Assembly: GCA_044507735.1 (NCBI GenBank)
Contig: JBIQJB010000002.1
Coordinates: 1-64,000 of the forward strand
From: Nitrosopumilales archaeon
Lineage (GTDB): Archaea > Thermoproteota > Nitrososphaeria > Nitrososphaerales > Nitrososphaeraceae
Reading direction: 5' to 3'
DNA: 64,000 nucleotides
Positions 14,102 to 24,157 of the stretch are shown here, piece by piece. The notes below the pieces were generated by a model. The model searched no databases. It was not told where the DNA came from and worked only from the letters and a program-made list of their open reading frames with translations. Positions within the stretch are counted from its first letter, which is position 1. Every line of letters starts with the position of its first letter. The position numbers and the translations under genes are program-made.

Positions 14102-15442
14102 ATGTTAATGCGTGATTATTACTTAAAGAACTACGAATCCAAGACCCGCAGGTCGCGGCTCCTGTACTCACGCTCAGCGAAGGTTTTTCCCGGCGGCATC
14201 AGCCACAACATCCGCTTTTTTGAACCATATCCTTTCTTTGTGAACGCTGCAAAGGGCAAGCAGATTCGCGACGTCGATGGCAACAGGTACACCGACTATT
14301 GGATGGGCCACTGGGCACTCATCCTCGGACATTCGCCAAAACCCGTGGCCGACGCGCTTGCAGCACAGGTGAGGAATGGCACGCTCTATGGGACGGTCAA
14401 CGACGTGAGTGTAGAGCTTGCGGAAACAATCCAAAAGCTGATGCCAAGGGCAGAGATGATGCGCTTTAGTTCTACAGGGTCTGAAGCTACGATGTATGCC
14501 GTACGTCTCGCCCGGGCAAAGACCGGCAGACGCGTGATTGCCAAGGCCATAGGCGGCTGGCATGGCTTTAACACCACGCTCATGCAGACTGTCAACTACC
14601 CATTTGAAGTTGAAGAGGGTCCGGGACTCGTGCAGGACGAGGGACAGTACGTCGAATCGATACCATTCAACAACTTGGAATCATCTCTCAAGGTTCTGGA
14701 GACCATCAAGGATGACCTCGCATGCATAATTATTGAACCGGTGCTAGGTGGCGCCGGGTGCATTCCACCAGCTGAGGGCTACTTGCAGGGGCTGCAGGAA
14801 TTTGCAAGAAAGAATGGCAGCCTTTTCATTCTTGACGAGATCGTCACTGGCTTTAGGCTTTCATTGCACGGCGCCATGGACACCTACAAACTTGAGCCGG
14901 ACCTATTTACACTTGGGAAAATTTGTGGCGGAGGTATGCCTATTGGCGTCGTATGCGGCAATAAGGAGACGATGTCGCTGGCAGACCCTGTGTCAAGAAG
15001 GGATAAGGAAGCCCGGTGTGCGATAGGCGGAGGCACGTTCTCTGCAAACCCTGTCACAATGACTGCAGGACTTGCCACGCTGAACTTTCTGAGAAAGAAC
15101 AGAAGCGTTTACACAAAGATAGGGAGGCTGGGAGCAATGGCAAGAAAGGGCCTGAGCAAGGTCTTTTCCGATTCGGGAATTCCCTGCCAGGTGACAGGAC
15201 TGGAATCAATCTTTATGACGCATTTTGGCAAGGACATGGTCAGGGACGCTGCAGACGTGGCCACGTCTGACAGGGGACTCCTGGCAAAATACCACCTCGC
15301 ATTGATGGCAGACCACGGGATATTCTTCTTGCCTGGCAAGATGGGTGCCCTCTCGTACGCCCATGACGAACAAGACGTAAAGCGACTACTTGCGGCCACG
15401 GAAAAAATAGTCGAGTCAGGACTTTTCAAGCAGCTCTCTTAG
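14102..15442 (+). CDS. hemL: Class III PLP aminotransferase, glutamate-1-semialdehyde 2,1-aminomutase-like
   Basis: PGGISHNIR, DVDGNRYTDY, STGSEAT, FILDEIVTGFR, LGKICGGGMP, GGTFSANP. Confidence 0.8.
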   Translation: MLMRDYYLKNYESKTRRSRLLYSRSAKVFPGGISHNIRFFEPYPFFVNAAKGKQIRDVDGNRYTDYWMGHWALILGHSPKPVADALAAQVRNGTLYGTVNDVSVELAETIQKLMPRAEMMRFSSTGSEATMYAVRLARAKTGRRVIAKAIGGWHGFNTTLMQTVNYPFEVEEGPGLVQDEGQYVESIPFNNLESSLKVLETIKDDLACIIIEPVLGGAGCIPPAEGYLQGLQEFARKNGSLFILDEIVTGFRLSLHGAMDTYKLEPDLFTLGKICGGGMPIGVVCGNKETMSLADPVSRRDKEARCAIGGGTFSANPVTMTAGLATLNFLRKNRSVYTKIGRLGAMARKGLSKVFSDSGIPCQVTGLESIFMTHFGKDMVRDAADVATSDRGLLAKYHLALMADHGIFFLPGKMGALSYAHDEQDVKRLLAATEKIVESGLFKQLS

Positions 15443-16321
15443 GGCAACCTTCGCGGGCATCCTGGAGAACCATCCTGCGCCATCGCTGACAAGCGACTCG
15501 ATATTGCAGTCAAAGAGGATAAAGTTGGCCCGCAGCTCTTCCTTGCCGGACTTGAGTGTCGCCCGCACGATACCGCGGATGCCCCAGACTGCCGCAGCGG
15601 TTCCAATTGAAGAAAGGTATCTACCAAGCAAGTCTCGGTAGTTTTGGCCCTTTGGAACGGCGACTATAGGCAGCGTCCACCAATCGCCAAACTTTTGCAT
15701 GAGTGTCTTTCTGTTGTTGTCCTTTTTCACCACTGCCACGGCAACCTTTAGCACGAACTGGCCCGCGGCCATTTCCTTGAACTTGGACATTTGTGCTGCC
15801 GGCACCCTTATGACCTTCCTGCCAGACGGGATCTTTGACGGAGACAGCTTGCGGTAGCTGCCCCTTGTGTAAATCAGAGGTAACTTTTCTTCGTCAAAAG
15901 TGGCACTGACCGCTTCGCCCACGACCATGATGTGGTCGCCGATTTTTTCAATCATCGTGACCTTGCACTCGGCATTCAGGACACACCCCTTTATCATAGG
16001 GACATCGATGTGCCTGGCATCATATGTCTCAAAGATGCCCGGTATGCTCAGTTTGTCTATTTCTCTGGCGGAATAGGCCCCTGCGATATTGACAAGCTCT
16101 GCCTGGTCGTCAGAGGCTATATTGACTCCGAACACCTGAGTCTCCTGAATGTTCCAGTATGTTGGCGAATCGTGTACAAAGACTGCGATCAGCATCGGTT
16201 CATATGAAATGTGCATAGTCCACTCGGCCGCCATGACATTCCTTCCCTTGCTTCCCTTCGTGGTTATCAGGCCGACTGTTGTGGCAAAGTACCTGTGCAC
16301 ATTGTCCAATATTCCAGGCAT
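15416..16321 (-). CDS. Flavin reductase-like protein with C-terminal Nudix-like extension
   Basis: GLITT..NVMAAEW..S.EP..FGVNI..ECKV..GDHIMVVGE; extra ~115 aa. Confidence 0.8.
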   Translation of the reverse strand: MPGILDNVHRYFATTVGLITTKGSKGRNVMAAEWTMHISYEPMLIAVFVHDSPTYWNIQETQVFGVNIASDDQAELVNIAGAYSAREIDKLSIPGIFETYDARHIDVPMIKGCVLNAECKVTMIEKIGDHIMVVGEAVSATFDEEKLPLIYTRGSYRKLSPSKIPSGRKVIRVPAAQMSKFKEMAAGQFVLKVAVAVVKKDNNRKTLMQKFGDWWTLPIVAVPKGQNYRDLLGRYLSSIGTAAAVWGIRGIVRATLKSGKEELRANFILFDCNIESLVSDGAGWFSRMPAKVALRELLEKS

Positions 16322-16577
16322 AAGCAGAATTTGAAAAAATGGCTCCTAATATTATAGCTATTTCTTTTCGGATCCTCTCTGTGTTAGGCCAACCGCGGGC
16401 ACCTGAAACCGACAATCCCACCGCGGTCATACCTTGACCAAAACCGTGATGATAATAGCTCCACTAGCAGTGACTTGGCAGTCCTTGTGGTTGACTATTG
16501 GGAATGTAATACATGTTCTTGCCGACTGGGCCCGCAATTCATTACAGTTCAAATAGCCCTCTCTTGCTCGAACCTAC

Positions 16578-17066
16578 ATGGCGACAGCCAAGATACAGAC
16601 AAAGTTTGGTGACATTTCAATCGCCTTTTATCCAGATGCTGCCCCAAAGACAGTCGAGAACTTCATAAAGCTGGCCAAAAGCGGGTTTTATGATGGCCTG
16701 CTGTTCCACCGCATCGTTCCAGGATTTGTGATACAGGGAGGAGATCCAAATACAAAGAGCGCGGCCAATAGGAGCAGATGGGGGACTGGCGGTCCGGGAT
16801 GGACCGTTAAAGCAGAATTCAACAAGAACAAGCATTCTAGAGGGGCGCTTTCGATGGCGAGGGCCCAGGATCCAAATAGCGCCGGCTCGCAGTTCTTTAT
16901 CGTGCTAAAAGATGCCAACTTTTTGGATGGACAGTACACGGTGTTTGGGCATGTGACCTCAGGCATGGATGCTGTCGACAAGATAGCTGAGCTGAAAAGA
17001 GATGAAGCCGACGCACCAATTGACGCTGAGCAAGCAAGAATGATCAAGGTAACAGTAAGCGACTAG
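16578..17066 (+). CDS. ppiA: Cyclophilin-type peptidyl-prolyl isomerase
   Basis: APKTVENF, FHRIVPGFVIQGGDP, LSMARA..NSAGSQFFI, LDGQYTVFG. Confidence 0.95.
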   Translation: MATAKIQTKFGDISIAFYPDAAPKTVENFIKLAKSGFYDGLLFHRIVPGFVIQGGDPNTKSAANRSRWGTGGPGWTVKAEFNKNKHSRGALSMARAQDPNSAGSQFFIVLKDANFLDGQYTVFGHVTSGMDAVDKIAELKRDEADAPIDAEQARMIKVTVSD

Positions 17067-17653
17067 CCGGAAGCAGCGACTATGGCCTTTAGCGCGGTCA
17101 CCCAAGCTTTCTTGTTGGTGGCTTCGCTTATGCCAAGCATTCTGTTGACAGCAAGACCGTCGTAGAGTGCAACCAAAGCTATCGCAAGGCTTGCAGCGTC
17201 GACATCCTTTCTTATGAACCCCTCGTCGATCTTGGCCTTGATGCCCTGCATCACGTGGTCGTGGATCTTCAGGTGGAGCTCGTACATCGACCTTTTCAGC
17301 TTTGGGTTGCGCGCCGACTCGGCCACCATCTCAAGCATGACCCTGTCATTGCCCTGCTCGCGCCTTCGGATGTTGTCATATATCTGCTCTGCGTCCGAAG
17401 CTACGTTCTCCCTATTTACGAAAAATCCAGCGTCTTCCTTATCGCTTTCCTGGATATTGCGTTCGCAGATTGCGATAAAGAGGTCTTCTTTGCTCTTGAA
17501 GTACAGGTAGAGTGTGCCCTTGCTCAGTCCAAGACGCTTTGCGATATCCTCCATCTTTGTCCTATCGTATCCAGACTGCGAAAAACTCTCAATGGCGGCC
17601 TGAATTATCTTTTCCCTGAGCTCGGCCTTGTAAGTATTTGTCACTTTTGGCAC
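17063..17653 (-). CDS. TetR/AcrR family regulator
   Basis: IIQAAIESF..GY..TKMEDIAKRLGLSKGTLYLYFKSKEDL. Confidence 0.95.
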   Translation of the reverse strand: MPKVTNTYKAELREKIIQAAIESFSQSGYDRTKMEDIAKRLGLSKGTLYLYFKSKEDLFIAICERNIQESDKEDAGFFVNRENVASDAEQIYDNIRRREQGNDRVMLEMVAESARNPKLKRSMYELHLKIHDHVMQGIKAKIDEGFIRKDVDAASLAIALVALYDGLAVNRMLGISEATNKKAWVTALKAIVAASG

Positions 17654-17713
17654 ATCATACCACCCCTTTCACAGCAATGACATTGACACCTCTGCAGTGG
17701 GTAATAAGGATAG

Positions 17714-17729
17714 CTGACTGGTCAGTCAG
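17714..17729. promoter_or_regulatory. Candidate TetR operator
   Basis: CTGACTG-GT-CAGTCAG inverted repeat about 60 nt upstream of the TetR start. Confidence 0.6.
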
Positions 17730-17738
17730 TTTAGCCTT

Positions 17739-17858
17739 TTACTCGCCAACTTCAACGTCAGAATGAGCTTCCCGATGGTGCCTGTCTGCGTCCTCCTTGG
17801 TCAGGAACTCTTTTGCACAGTCCGTGCACCTGAAGGTGCCAGACTCGTACTCGGACAT
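17739..17858 (-). CDS. 39-aa C2H2 zinc-finger protein
   Basis: FRCTDCAKEF..DADRHHREAH. Confidence 0.75.
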   Translation of the reverse strand: MSEYESGTFRCTDCAKEFLTKEDADRHHREAHSDVEVGE

Positions 17859-17942
17859 TGCAGCTAATTCGCCCTGGTTGCTAATATAGGTAACAGCAGC
17901 CAATCTTATTAACCGAGGCAGCCTTATTTCCACGGAGCTGGC

Positions 17943-18353
17943 TTGGCAATAAACTACGAACTCCTCGACTTGTTTTGCAAGCAGGTCATCGAAAGGGATG
18001 GATCCATCAGGTGGGCGGCAGTCGTCAACAAGAACGGCGTGATTCTAACCCAGAAAGTGCGAGAGGGGGTGAACTTGCTGCTAAGTGACGAGGAGAACGA
18101 GCAGTATGCTGAAAGCGCGATTGCCCGCCAAAGAACCCGAAGCAGGTTCGAGCCGAAAATCGGCAAGATGATCTATGCCTTTGGAAGATACGAAAGGCTG
18201 CTCAGGGCAACGATCCCTGTGAACGAAAACTACTACGTCTTAGTTACACTCGAAGCGGAGGAGAGGAATTTTGATTCGATCATAATGGACAAGATCATCC
18301 CTCTGATAGCAGAGAAGAAGAACCAGATCGTTACCATGAATGATTCCATCTGA
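17943..18353 (+). CDS. Roadblock/profilin-like thaumarchaeal protein (DUF6659-like)
   Basis: IRWAAVVNKNG..REG..LL..IGKMIYA..YE..RATIP pattern. Confidence 0.7.
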   Translation: MAINYELLDLFCKQVIERDGSIRWAAVVNKNGVILTQKVREGVNLLLSDEENEQYAESAIARQRTRSRFEPKIGKMIYAFGRYERLLRATIPVNENYYVLVTLEAEERNFDSIIMDKIIPLIAEKKNQIVTMNDSI

Positions 18354-18880
18354 TCATTGATGCGCCATGCTCGACTCAAGGTCTTCCGGCGCTCTCTGAC
18401 GGTTTCTCTTTTTCAAGTGGCAAAAATCGAGATAAAGCATGTTATCCTTGGTTTCTGATTCGTCTGGCACTAGTGAATCTCAAGGGAGGCATTGCTACTT
18501 ATCTTTTGGGTTTGCCATCCTCCGCCCCTGAGTTTCTTGCCATATCCAAGAAAGGATCAATGCGGGACACTGGCATGAAACACGCCGATCAAGGCAACAC
18601 CGACGGAGAGGTCGTCACAATAGTGAATTCCCGCAACGCTCCTTGAGACTTCAGAACCTTGTGGTGGCCAGCGACCCCGACTCGCATCTGTAATTGTGAC
18701 AGATGAAGGTGGTCTAGAATCTGTCATGGTTTGAAAGATCATAGCAAAAACGTGGGGAGTTTGGAGTACTCTACATCCGCAAACGAGCCGACCTATCAGA
18801 GCACGCCAATGAGGTTGTTTGCCACACTTTGTTTCCACAGTTGTCTGGCAGGATTCGGCTGATGGCCACAACGCCGCGTC

Positions 18881-19351
18881 CTAGCCTTTTCTTCCCAGCG
18901 CTCTGTCCAGATATTCTGGATTTTCCTGCAGAGCCTTGTTGTACGCAACGTTGGTCAGCATGTCCGCCTCCTTGTTCTGCTCTCTTGGCACCCACCTTAT
19001 CTCCAACTCGGAAAACTTGCTCTTCAGCATGACGGCCTGCTTGTATAGAGGGATGATCTTTTTCGCCTTTATCTTGTACGTCCCGTTCATTTGGTTTACG
19101 ACGAGCTGTGAATCACTTTTTATCAAGATTTTCTCAGAAGTGAAATCATTGGCAACGAGCCATTCCAGTGCATTGGCAAGCGCAGTGTACTCCGCGACGT
19201 TGTTGGTCGATTCCGGGGAAAACGGTTCTCCTGCAATACCGTAGTCACTATGGATCGTCTTGCCATCCTTCTTGACTACAAAGGAATAGCAGGCAATTCC
19301 GCCAGGATTTACTGGTTGGCACAGGCCGTCAAAGTATACTTCGATCAACAA
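18881..19351 (-). CDS. rnhA: Ribonuclease HI
   Basis: YFDG..NPG, TNNVAEY.AL, SDSQLVVNQ, WVPREQNKEAD. Confidence 0.95.
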   Translation of the reverse strand: MLIEVYFDGLCQPVNPGGIACYSFVVKKDGKTIHSDYGIAGEPFSPESTNNVAEYTALANALEWLVANDFTSEKILIKSDSQLVVNQMNGTYKIKAKKIIPLYKQAVMLKSKFSELEIRWVPREQNKEADMLTNVAYNKALQENPEYLDRALGRKG

Positions 19352-19457
19352 GGGTCATTGATTGACGAGAGATATGTCCATATCGTTTCAAGTATGGAAT
19401 GGAGCTTTTTTCGATATGATTCAAATAATGGCATGTAACATAACAACGACGCGGTAC

Positions 19458-19793
19458 ATGAGCGTAGACCTTGCATTCATCGGCACTTCAATAGGCTTTG
19501 GTGGAGTCGCTGGCTTTCTCATTGGCTACGCTATCAAGAAGGCAATCAAGATAATGCTCTTTGTGATAGGCCTGTTCTTTGCGGCGCTCGCATACCTCAA
19601 CTATCAGGGAATTGTGACGATCAACTGGGACAAGCTCACCGCAAGCGCGTCCGACGCTACATCTGGTCTTGGAAACGCCACTGGCCAGATCGCAGGAATC
19701 TCTGACCAGGTGGCACCTACGCTGATAAACTTTGGCATACCTCTCACTGGCAGTTTTGCCGCTGCCTTTGTGCTGGGATTCATGAAGGGCTAG
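19458..19793 (+). CDS. FUN14 family membrane protein
   Basis: GGVAGFLIGYAIKKAIK..LAYLNYQGIVTINWDKL..GSFAAAFVLG. Confidence 0.9.
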   Translation: MSVDLAFIGTSIGFGGVAGFLIGYAIKKAIKIMLFVIGLFFAALAYLNYQGIVTINWDKLTASASDATSGLGNATGQIAGISDQVAPTLINFGIPLTGSFAAAFVLGFMKG

Positions 19794-19866
19794 TCAGCGA
19801 AAATAAACCAGTTTGTAAATTTGTCAACTGTCGATGTCTTATCTGGCCATTATGGCATAAAGGTAA

Positions 19867-20010
19867 GTGACTCTTTCGAACGCGTATTCGAGCAAGAGCA
19901 AGGCGGAGCTGGTGGAGGAGATAGTGCGCCTCAACAAAGAGCTCAGGGAAAAGAGTGAGCAAATCGAGATGTTGAAAAAGAGGCTCCTGATCTATAAGGC
20001 GATCAAATAA
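19867..20010 (+). CDS. 47-aa coiled-coil microprotein (not in ORF track)
   Basis: Manual translation MTLSNAYSSKSKAELVEEIVRLNKELREKSEQIEMLKKRLLIYKAIK, heptad pattern. Confidence 0.6.
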   Translation: MTLSNAYSSKSKAELVEEIVRLNKELREKSEQIEMLKKRLLIYKAIK

Positions 20011-20705
20011 GAAGATAGGATGTGTAATGGGTTCCTCCTCTTGCCACTCTGCTAGCCTGTGACATGCAGGAAGGATGTGACCCTGTCGCACAATATGTTC
20101 GGGTCACTCATTTTGTAGATGCCGGGCCAGTTTCATGAGTCACATGAACTAGCAGCGCGCGATCGCCAAGCTGGATATCAGAGTCTCGGGCGCGACCGAG
20201 AAGGTTGTAAACCATTGCCCATGGTCGCCGATATCGTACTTTACATGGGGTCTGTGTGAACCGCGTGCCAAATGTTGTGGTTTTCCGTGATCTGCTTCGT
20301 GGCGAGCGAGTATGGCTGCCTTGTGCATCGGGTAATTCGAGGGGAGCAGATTTTTTTCAGCAGCTCGCCGCTCTCATTGGTAGTGTCCTTATAGAAATGG
20401 ACATTGTTGGCACAATAACTGTGGCTTGATCCACGCTTGAAGCCCCGCACTCCATGGTGGAGCCACTGAAGGTAGGAACAAGCACGTATGAACAGGACAA
20501 GCGAAATGCAGACGACGTCTGTCGCAAGCAGTTGTCTTCGCGCATTCCTCCATAACCCGGGTGTACTCGTTGCGCGCAGCTTGCTATTTTTTCCATGTGC
20601 CACGAGAGCCTCTCCCTGCTGCAGTGCGAGCTTGGTGAATACCCGACTTTTCAAGACTTTCAGAATCGCAACATTTTTTGGGACTGCTTGTGTGAAAGTA
20701 ATGCA

Positions 20706-21992
20706 GTGCCGTTTGGGTTTTTTAAGAAGAAACAAAGCGAAAGGCCACAAGAACGTCCAACAATCGCCGCGCCAGCAGCCGGTGAACTTTCTATTCAGCA
20801 GGCGCGGGATCTGATCCACAATTTCGAATCAGCAATGGTGCAGGAACTTGCCGGCCAGCTTGACGTTGTAAGGCAGTCTGCTGCTCAGTCGCTCCAGTCC
20901 ATTAGGGAACTTGCAGACGAGATGGAGCAGGAAAAGCTAAAGCTAGAGGGATTGGAACAGAGATACAGGTCGATAGCGGAGAACACAAAGAGGACCATGA
21001 TATCTGCGCTGAGGCGCGAAGCAGCAACGGAACTGCAACAGGTCCAGTCGGCAAACGATGCTAAGAAATTCAAAGAAAGGTTCGAGGCGATGATGAATCG
21101 CCTAGGAGAGGTGAGTGGCTCCCATAGCAAAGTCATAAATGCGTTCATGAAAAAGCACGCGAGCAGAATGAAAGAGGAGTTTGAAGTACTGACGCAACTC
21201 CTGAATGAAACCCGCGCTGATATGGCCGACTTTGAAAAAAAGCGCGCTCCTATCGTAAAATGTAGCGGCATCCTTAACACCGCGTTACAAAAGGCGTCAT
21301 CAATCAGGTCTTCTGAGGCGTCCCTGCAAAGCATTGAAAATGACATCAGGAGGATCCAGAGTGAACTCGAAATTTTGAAAGGTGAACTCGAAAAATTAAA
21401 GACATCTCCTGAATTTGGTCAGGCACAGGCGGTGGCTCAGAAGGTGGCCAGTGCAGAGGCAGAAGAAGAGCAATTCCGCGCACAACTGGCTGATCAGTTC
21501 TCGCTCGTTTCCAGGGCGTTCACAAAATATTCCTATGGACTGACAAGGGAAACGGAAGCCAGGCTTCGAATGATGTCCGACGAGCCTTGGAAGATGTTTG
21601 ACGAATCGGATATCTCTCCCTATGCTACCTTGTTGCAGGAGATTCGCAAGTCCATAGAGTCGGGCAAGATCCAGCTCAAGGATTCCAACAAGATCGTGCA
21701 CTACTTTGACACAATAGTAAGTTCTCTTCCTGAATTTCAGAACAAGGCGCGGTCGCTGAAGGCACTGACCGATTCCCTCAACCAATTTGACATGAGCTTG
21801 GTGAGCAGGGCAAGCGATCTTGAAGCCCGAATCACTCAGCAAGAAGAAGAACTTACCAAGGGGAAGCAAAACTTGGAGCAGTTGGAGCGCCAGATTGCCG
21901 AAAAAAGCGAGGATCTTGCATCCCAGCTAGAGGAGGCAAGCTCAGTCCTCGAGGAGCTCACGGGTCAAAAGTACGCTCTTGCTGCTAGCTAG
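20706..21992 (+). CDS. Long coiled-coil protein
   Basis: E/K/Q/L heptad-rich; GTG start at MPFGFFKKK inferred. Confidence 0.8.
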   Translation: MPFGFFKKKQSERPQERPTIAAPAAGELSIQQARDLIHNFESAMVQELAGQLDVVRQSAAQSLQSIRELADEMEQEKLKLEGLEQRYRSIAENTKRTMISALRREAATELQQVQSANDAKKFKERFEAMMNRLGEVSGSHSKVINAFMKKHASRMKEEFEVLTQLLNETRADMADFEKKRAPIVKCSGILNTALQKASSIRSSEASLQSIENDIRRIQSELEILKGELEKLKTSPEFGQAQAVAQKVASAEAEEEQFRAQLADQFSLVSRAFTKYSYGLTRETEARLRMMSDEPWKMFDESDISPYATLLQEIRKSIESGKIQLKDSNKIVHYFDTIVSSLPEFQNKARSLKALTDSLNQFDMSLVSRASDLEARITQQEEELTKGKQNLEQLERQIAEKSEDLASQLEEASSVLEELTGQKYALAAS

Positions 21993-22729
21993 CTCTGGTA
22001 TGCCTCGTTTATGACGCTTTCAAACGAAGAGAGTGGATGTGCCCCCCGCAAAAGCTTTGGCGTCTCTCCGTCCACCAGAACAATAAAGCTAGGAGTGGCG
22101 TTGAGACCTATGGATTTGGCAAGGTTGTAGTTATTCCTGACAACGTCTGAGTATTTGCCAGAATCAAGGCATTCTGAAAACGCATCGATGTCAGAGATGC
22201 CTGCGTTCTTTGCAAACTGTTCGAGGCTTGCTCTGGTCACCCATCCATTGTTTTCTCCCTTCCAGTTGTTGTATACCTCGTCATGATACTCCCAGTATTT
22301 TCCCTGGTCCGCGGCACAGTATGATGCTTGCGCCGCTAGCGACGAGGCCCTGTCAGAAAGGTCATTGATGGGAAAGTCCTTGAACATGAACCGCACCATA
22401 CCTGTCTCAACATAGTCTGCCATGAGAGGGTCCTTGGTGCTCTGGTGCCATCGGTGGCACCATGTGCACTGGTAGTCTCCAAATTCTACTATTGTCACCT
22501 TGGCATCGTCGCTTCCTAGCGCAGGTGCAGCTGGAATGGTCGGCGACAGCAGCTGCATCATTATCTGCTGGCCCTGATCGTTGCTGTTACCATTATTGCG
22601 ATCACTATTATTATTGTCATTGACTGCTGGCAGAGATGTAGCAGCGGGAGACATGGCAAACGCGGCCACAATGCCTATCACAATTATTCCCGCTGCTATT
22701 GCTCCAATCAACGCCATCTTGTTGGCCAT
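21989..22729 (-). CDS. Membrane-anchored DsbA/BdbD-type oxidoreductase
   Basis: N-terminal TM, EFGDYQCTWC, KDFPI, ATPSF. Confidence 0.93.
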   Translation of the reverse strand: MANKMALIGAIAAGIIVIGIVAAFAMSPAATSLPAVNDNNNSDRNNGNSNDQGQQIMMQLLSPTIPAAPALGSDDAKVTIVEFGDYQCTWCHRWHQSTKDPLMADYVETGMVRFMFKDFPINDLSDRASSLAAQASYCAADQGKYWEYHDEVYNNWKGENNGWVTRASLEQFAKNAGISDIDAFSECLDSGKYSDVVRNNYNLAKSIGLNATPSFIVLVDGETPKLLRGAHPLSSFESVINEAYQS

Positions 22730-22738
22730 AGCTCTTTC

Positions 22739-22885
22739 CTATCTCCAGAATATCGAGAAGACTCCGAGGCCTGCGATGCAGAGCCCCGCATACGCCACAG
22801 AGTTGACACCAAGAGAAGCTCCAAGAACCGTCACGCCAATCCCACTTGCAATGGTTATGATCTCGCCAATCCTTCTCTGACCCAA
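22739..22885 (-). CDS. 48-aa two-TM microprotein upstream of DsbA (not in ORF track)
   Basis: Manual translation MGQRRIGEIITIASGIGVTVLGASLGVNSVAYAGLCIAGLGVFSIFWR; stop 9 nt before DsbA ATG. Confidence 0.55.
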   Translation of the reverse strand: MGQRRIGEIITIASGIGVTVLGASLGVNSVAYAGLCIAGLGVFSIFWR

Positions 22886-23216
22886 GCGGCGGCGCCTGCG
22901 TTGTCTGATCATCACTACCTGTGGAACCGGCTTGGTTTTATAAAATTACCTGAGGGGCTGGCCATCACGTAGGAGGCCTTTTCACCATTTTTTCTAGTCT
23001 GCTGTACTCATCTCTCGAGTACTCTGCAGGAATCAATAGATCAAAGACTAGGGTGGCCCCATAGGTTGCACGTGCCGGCAACCACAAACCAAATCATGCA
23101 ATCCGCAGGACATGTGATTGTCCAGAGACATATCTGTATCCTAAAGGCTGGGCATCCTTGAATACGGAAATGAGCCTGGCAAAGTGAAAGCATCAAGAAC
23201 GTGCAGCTGGCTCAAT

Positions 23217-23690
23217 CTAGCATCTTGAGCTTTGCCCCGGTGGGCTTTCTTCAAGTATAACGTTGAATTCCACCAAGCTTCCACCTCTGCTAACGCCGAC
23301 ACTGACGATATCGCCCACCTGCTTTTGCCCAATTGATGTACAGACGTCATCCTCGCTCGTGATTTGCCTGCCATCGATACTGACAATGATGTCTCCATCA
23401 ACCGGTATCCTCTGGCCCCTTATTTCCACGATTTCTGCGCCACCGCCACGCAATCCTGCTTTCTCGGCTGGGCTCTGTGGTGCTACAGAGAATATCAGAA
23501 TGCCGCTGTCCTGCTCCAGCCCTAAAAGTTGCGACACTTGAGGGTTCAGGTACGTTCCACTTTCGATCCCCATCCATGGACCCCTTGGCGCTATCGCATA
23601 AACATAGTAGAACGAACCTCCGACTACGGCACCTAGTAGTGCGAGAGAAATGACAGCGTTGATGGGGTTCTGCATGACCCTGATCTGCAA
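23217..23690 (-). CDS. Membrane-anchored PDZ-only protein (HtrA-type PDZ)
   Basis: TM then PWMGI..GILIFSV..SPAEKAGLRGG..GDIIVSIDG; no protease domain. Confidence 0.85.
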   Translation of the reverse strand: MQIRVMQNPINAVISLALLGAVVGGSFYYVYAIAPRGPWMGIESGTYLNPQVSQLLGLEQDSGILIFSVAPQSPAEKAGLRGGGAEIVEIRGQRIPVDGDIIVSIDGRQITSEDDVCTSIGQKQVGDIVSVGVSRGGSLVEFNVILEESPPGQSSRC

Positions 23691-23713
23691 GGCTGGGGCA
23701 ATAACCTTTTCGA

Positions 23714-24121
23714 CTAGATCATGCCGTATTGTGGCAGGAGGGTCCTGCAGCTCTTGCAGCCAAACATGGCAACCTTTGACCCTTGCTTGACGGCGCTCAA
23801 GTCGCCGATCAAAAGCCTACCTTCCTCCTCTGCGGCCTTCATCTTCTCCATGTCGCTAGGCTGGATTCCGTAAATAACCGGGACTATTGTCACCACTTTG
23901 CCGCAACTTTCGCAATACCCTTGCGAGACCTGTCGAGGGCTTGCTGCATGATAGGCTGAATGGTGTCTGTCAGCTTCCTCCTTTGTAATGCCGAAGGCGT
24001 CGGCAATCCTGTAGTTAATCCTGTAGTAGATCAGGTCTCCTTCGTCATGCTCGTTGTTCTTCAGGTACGAGGCATGGAGTTCTCTTAACATCTTGTCGAT
24101 ATCTTCTGCCTGCCTGTCCAC
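23714..24121 (-). CDS. Hypothetical protein with C-terminal zinc ribbon
   Basis: CESC..IVPVIYG..CKSC. Confidence 0.7.
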   Translation of the reverse strand: MDRQAEDIDKMLRELHASYLKNNEHDEGDLIYYRINYRIADAFGITKEEADRHHSAYHAASPRQVSQGYCESCGKVVTIVPVIYGIQPSDMEKMKAAEEEGRLLIGDLSAVKQGSKVAMFGCKSCRTLLPQYGMI

Positions 24122-24157
24122 GCCAAAAGCGAGTTTTTGACCTTATAGAAGTCTTTC

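Noticed and set aside
20100-20600. 192-aa minus-strand ORF and neighbours
   Set aside because: Atypical composition, overlaps the coiled-coil gene; at most an unidentifiable remnant
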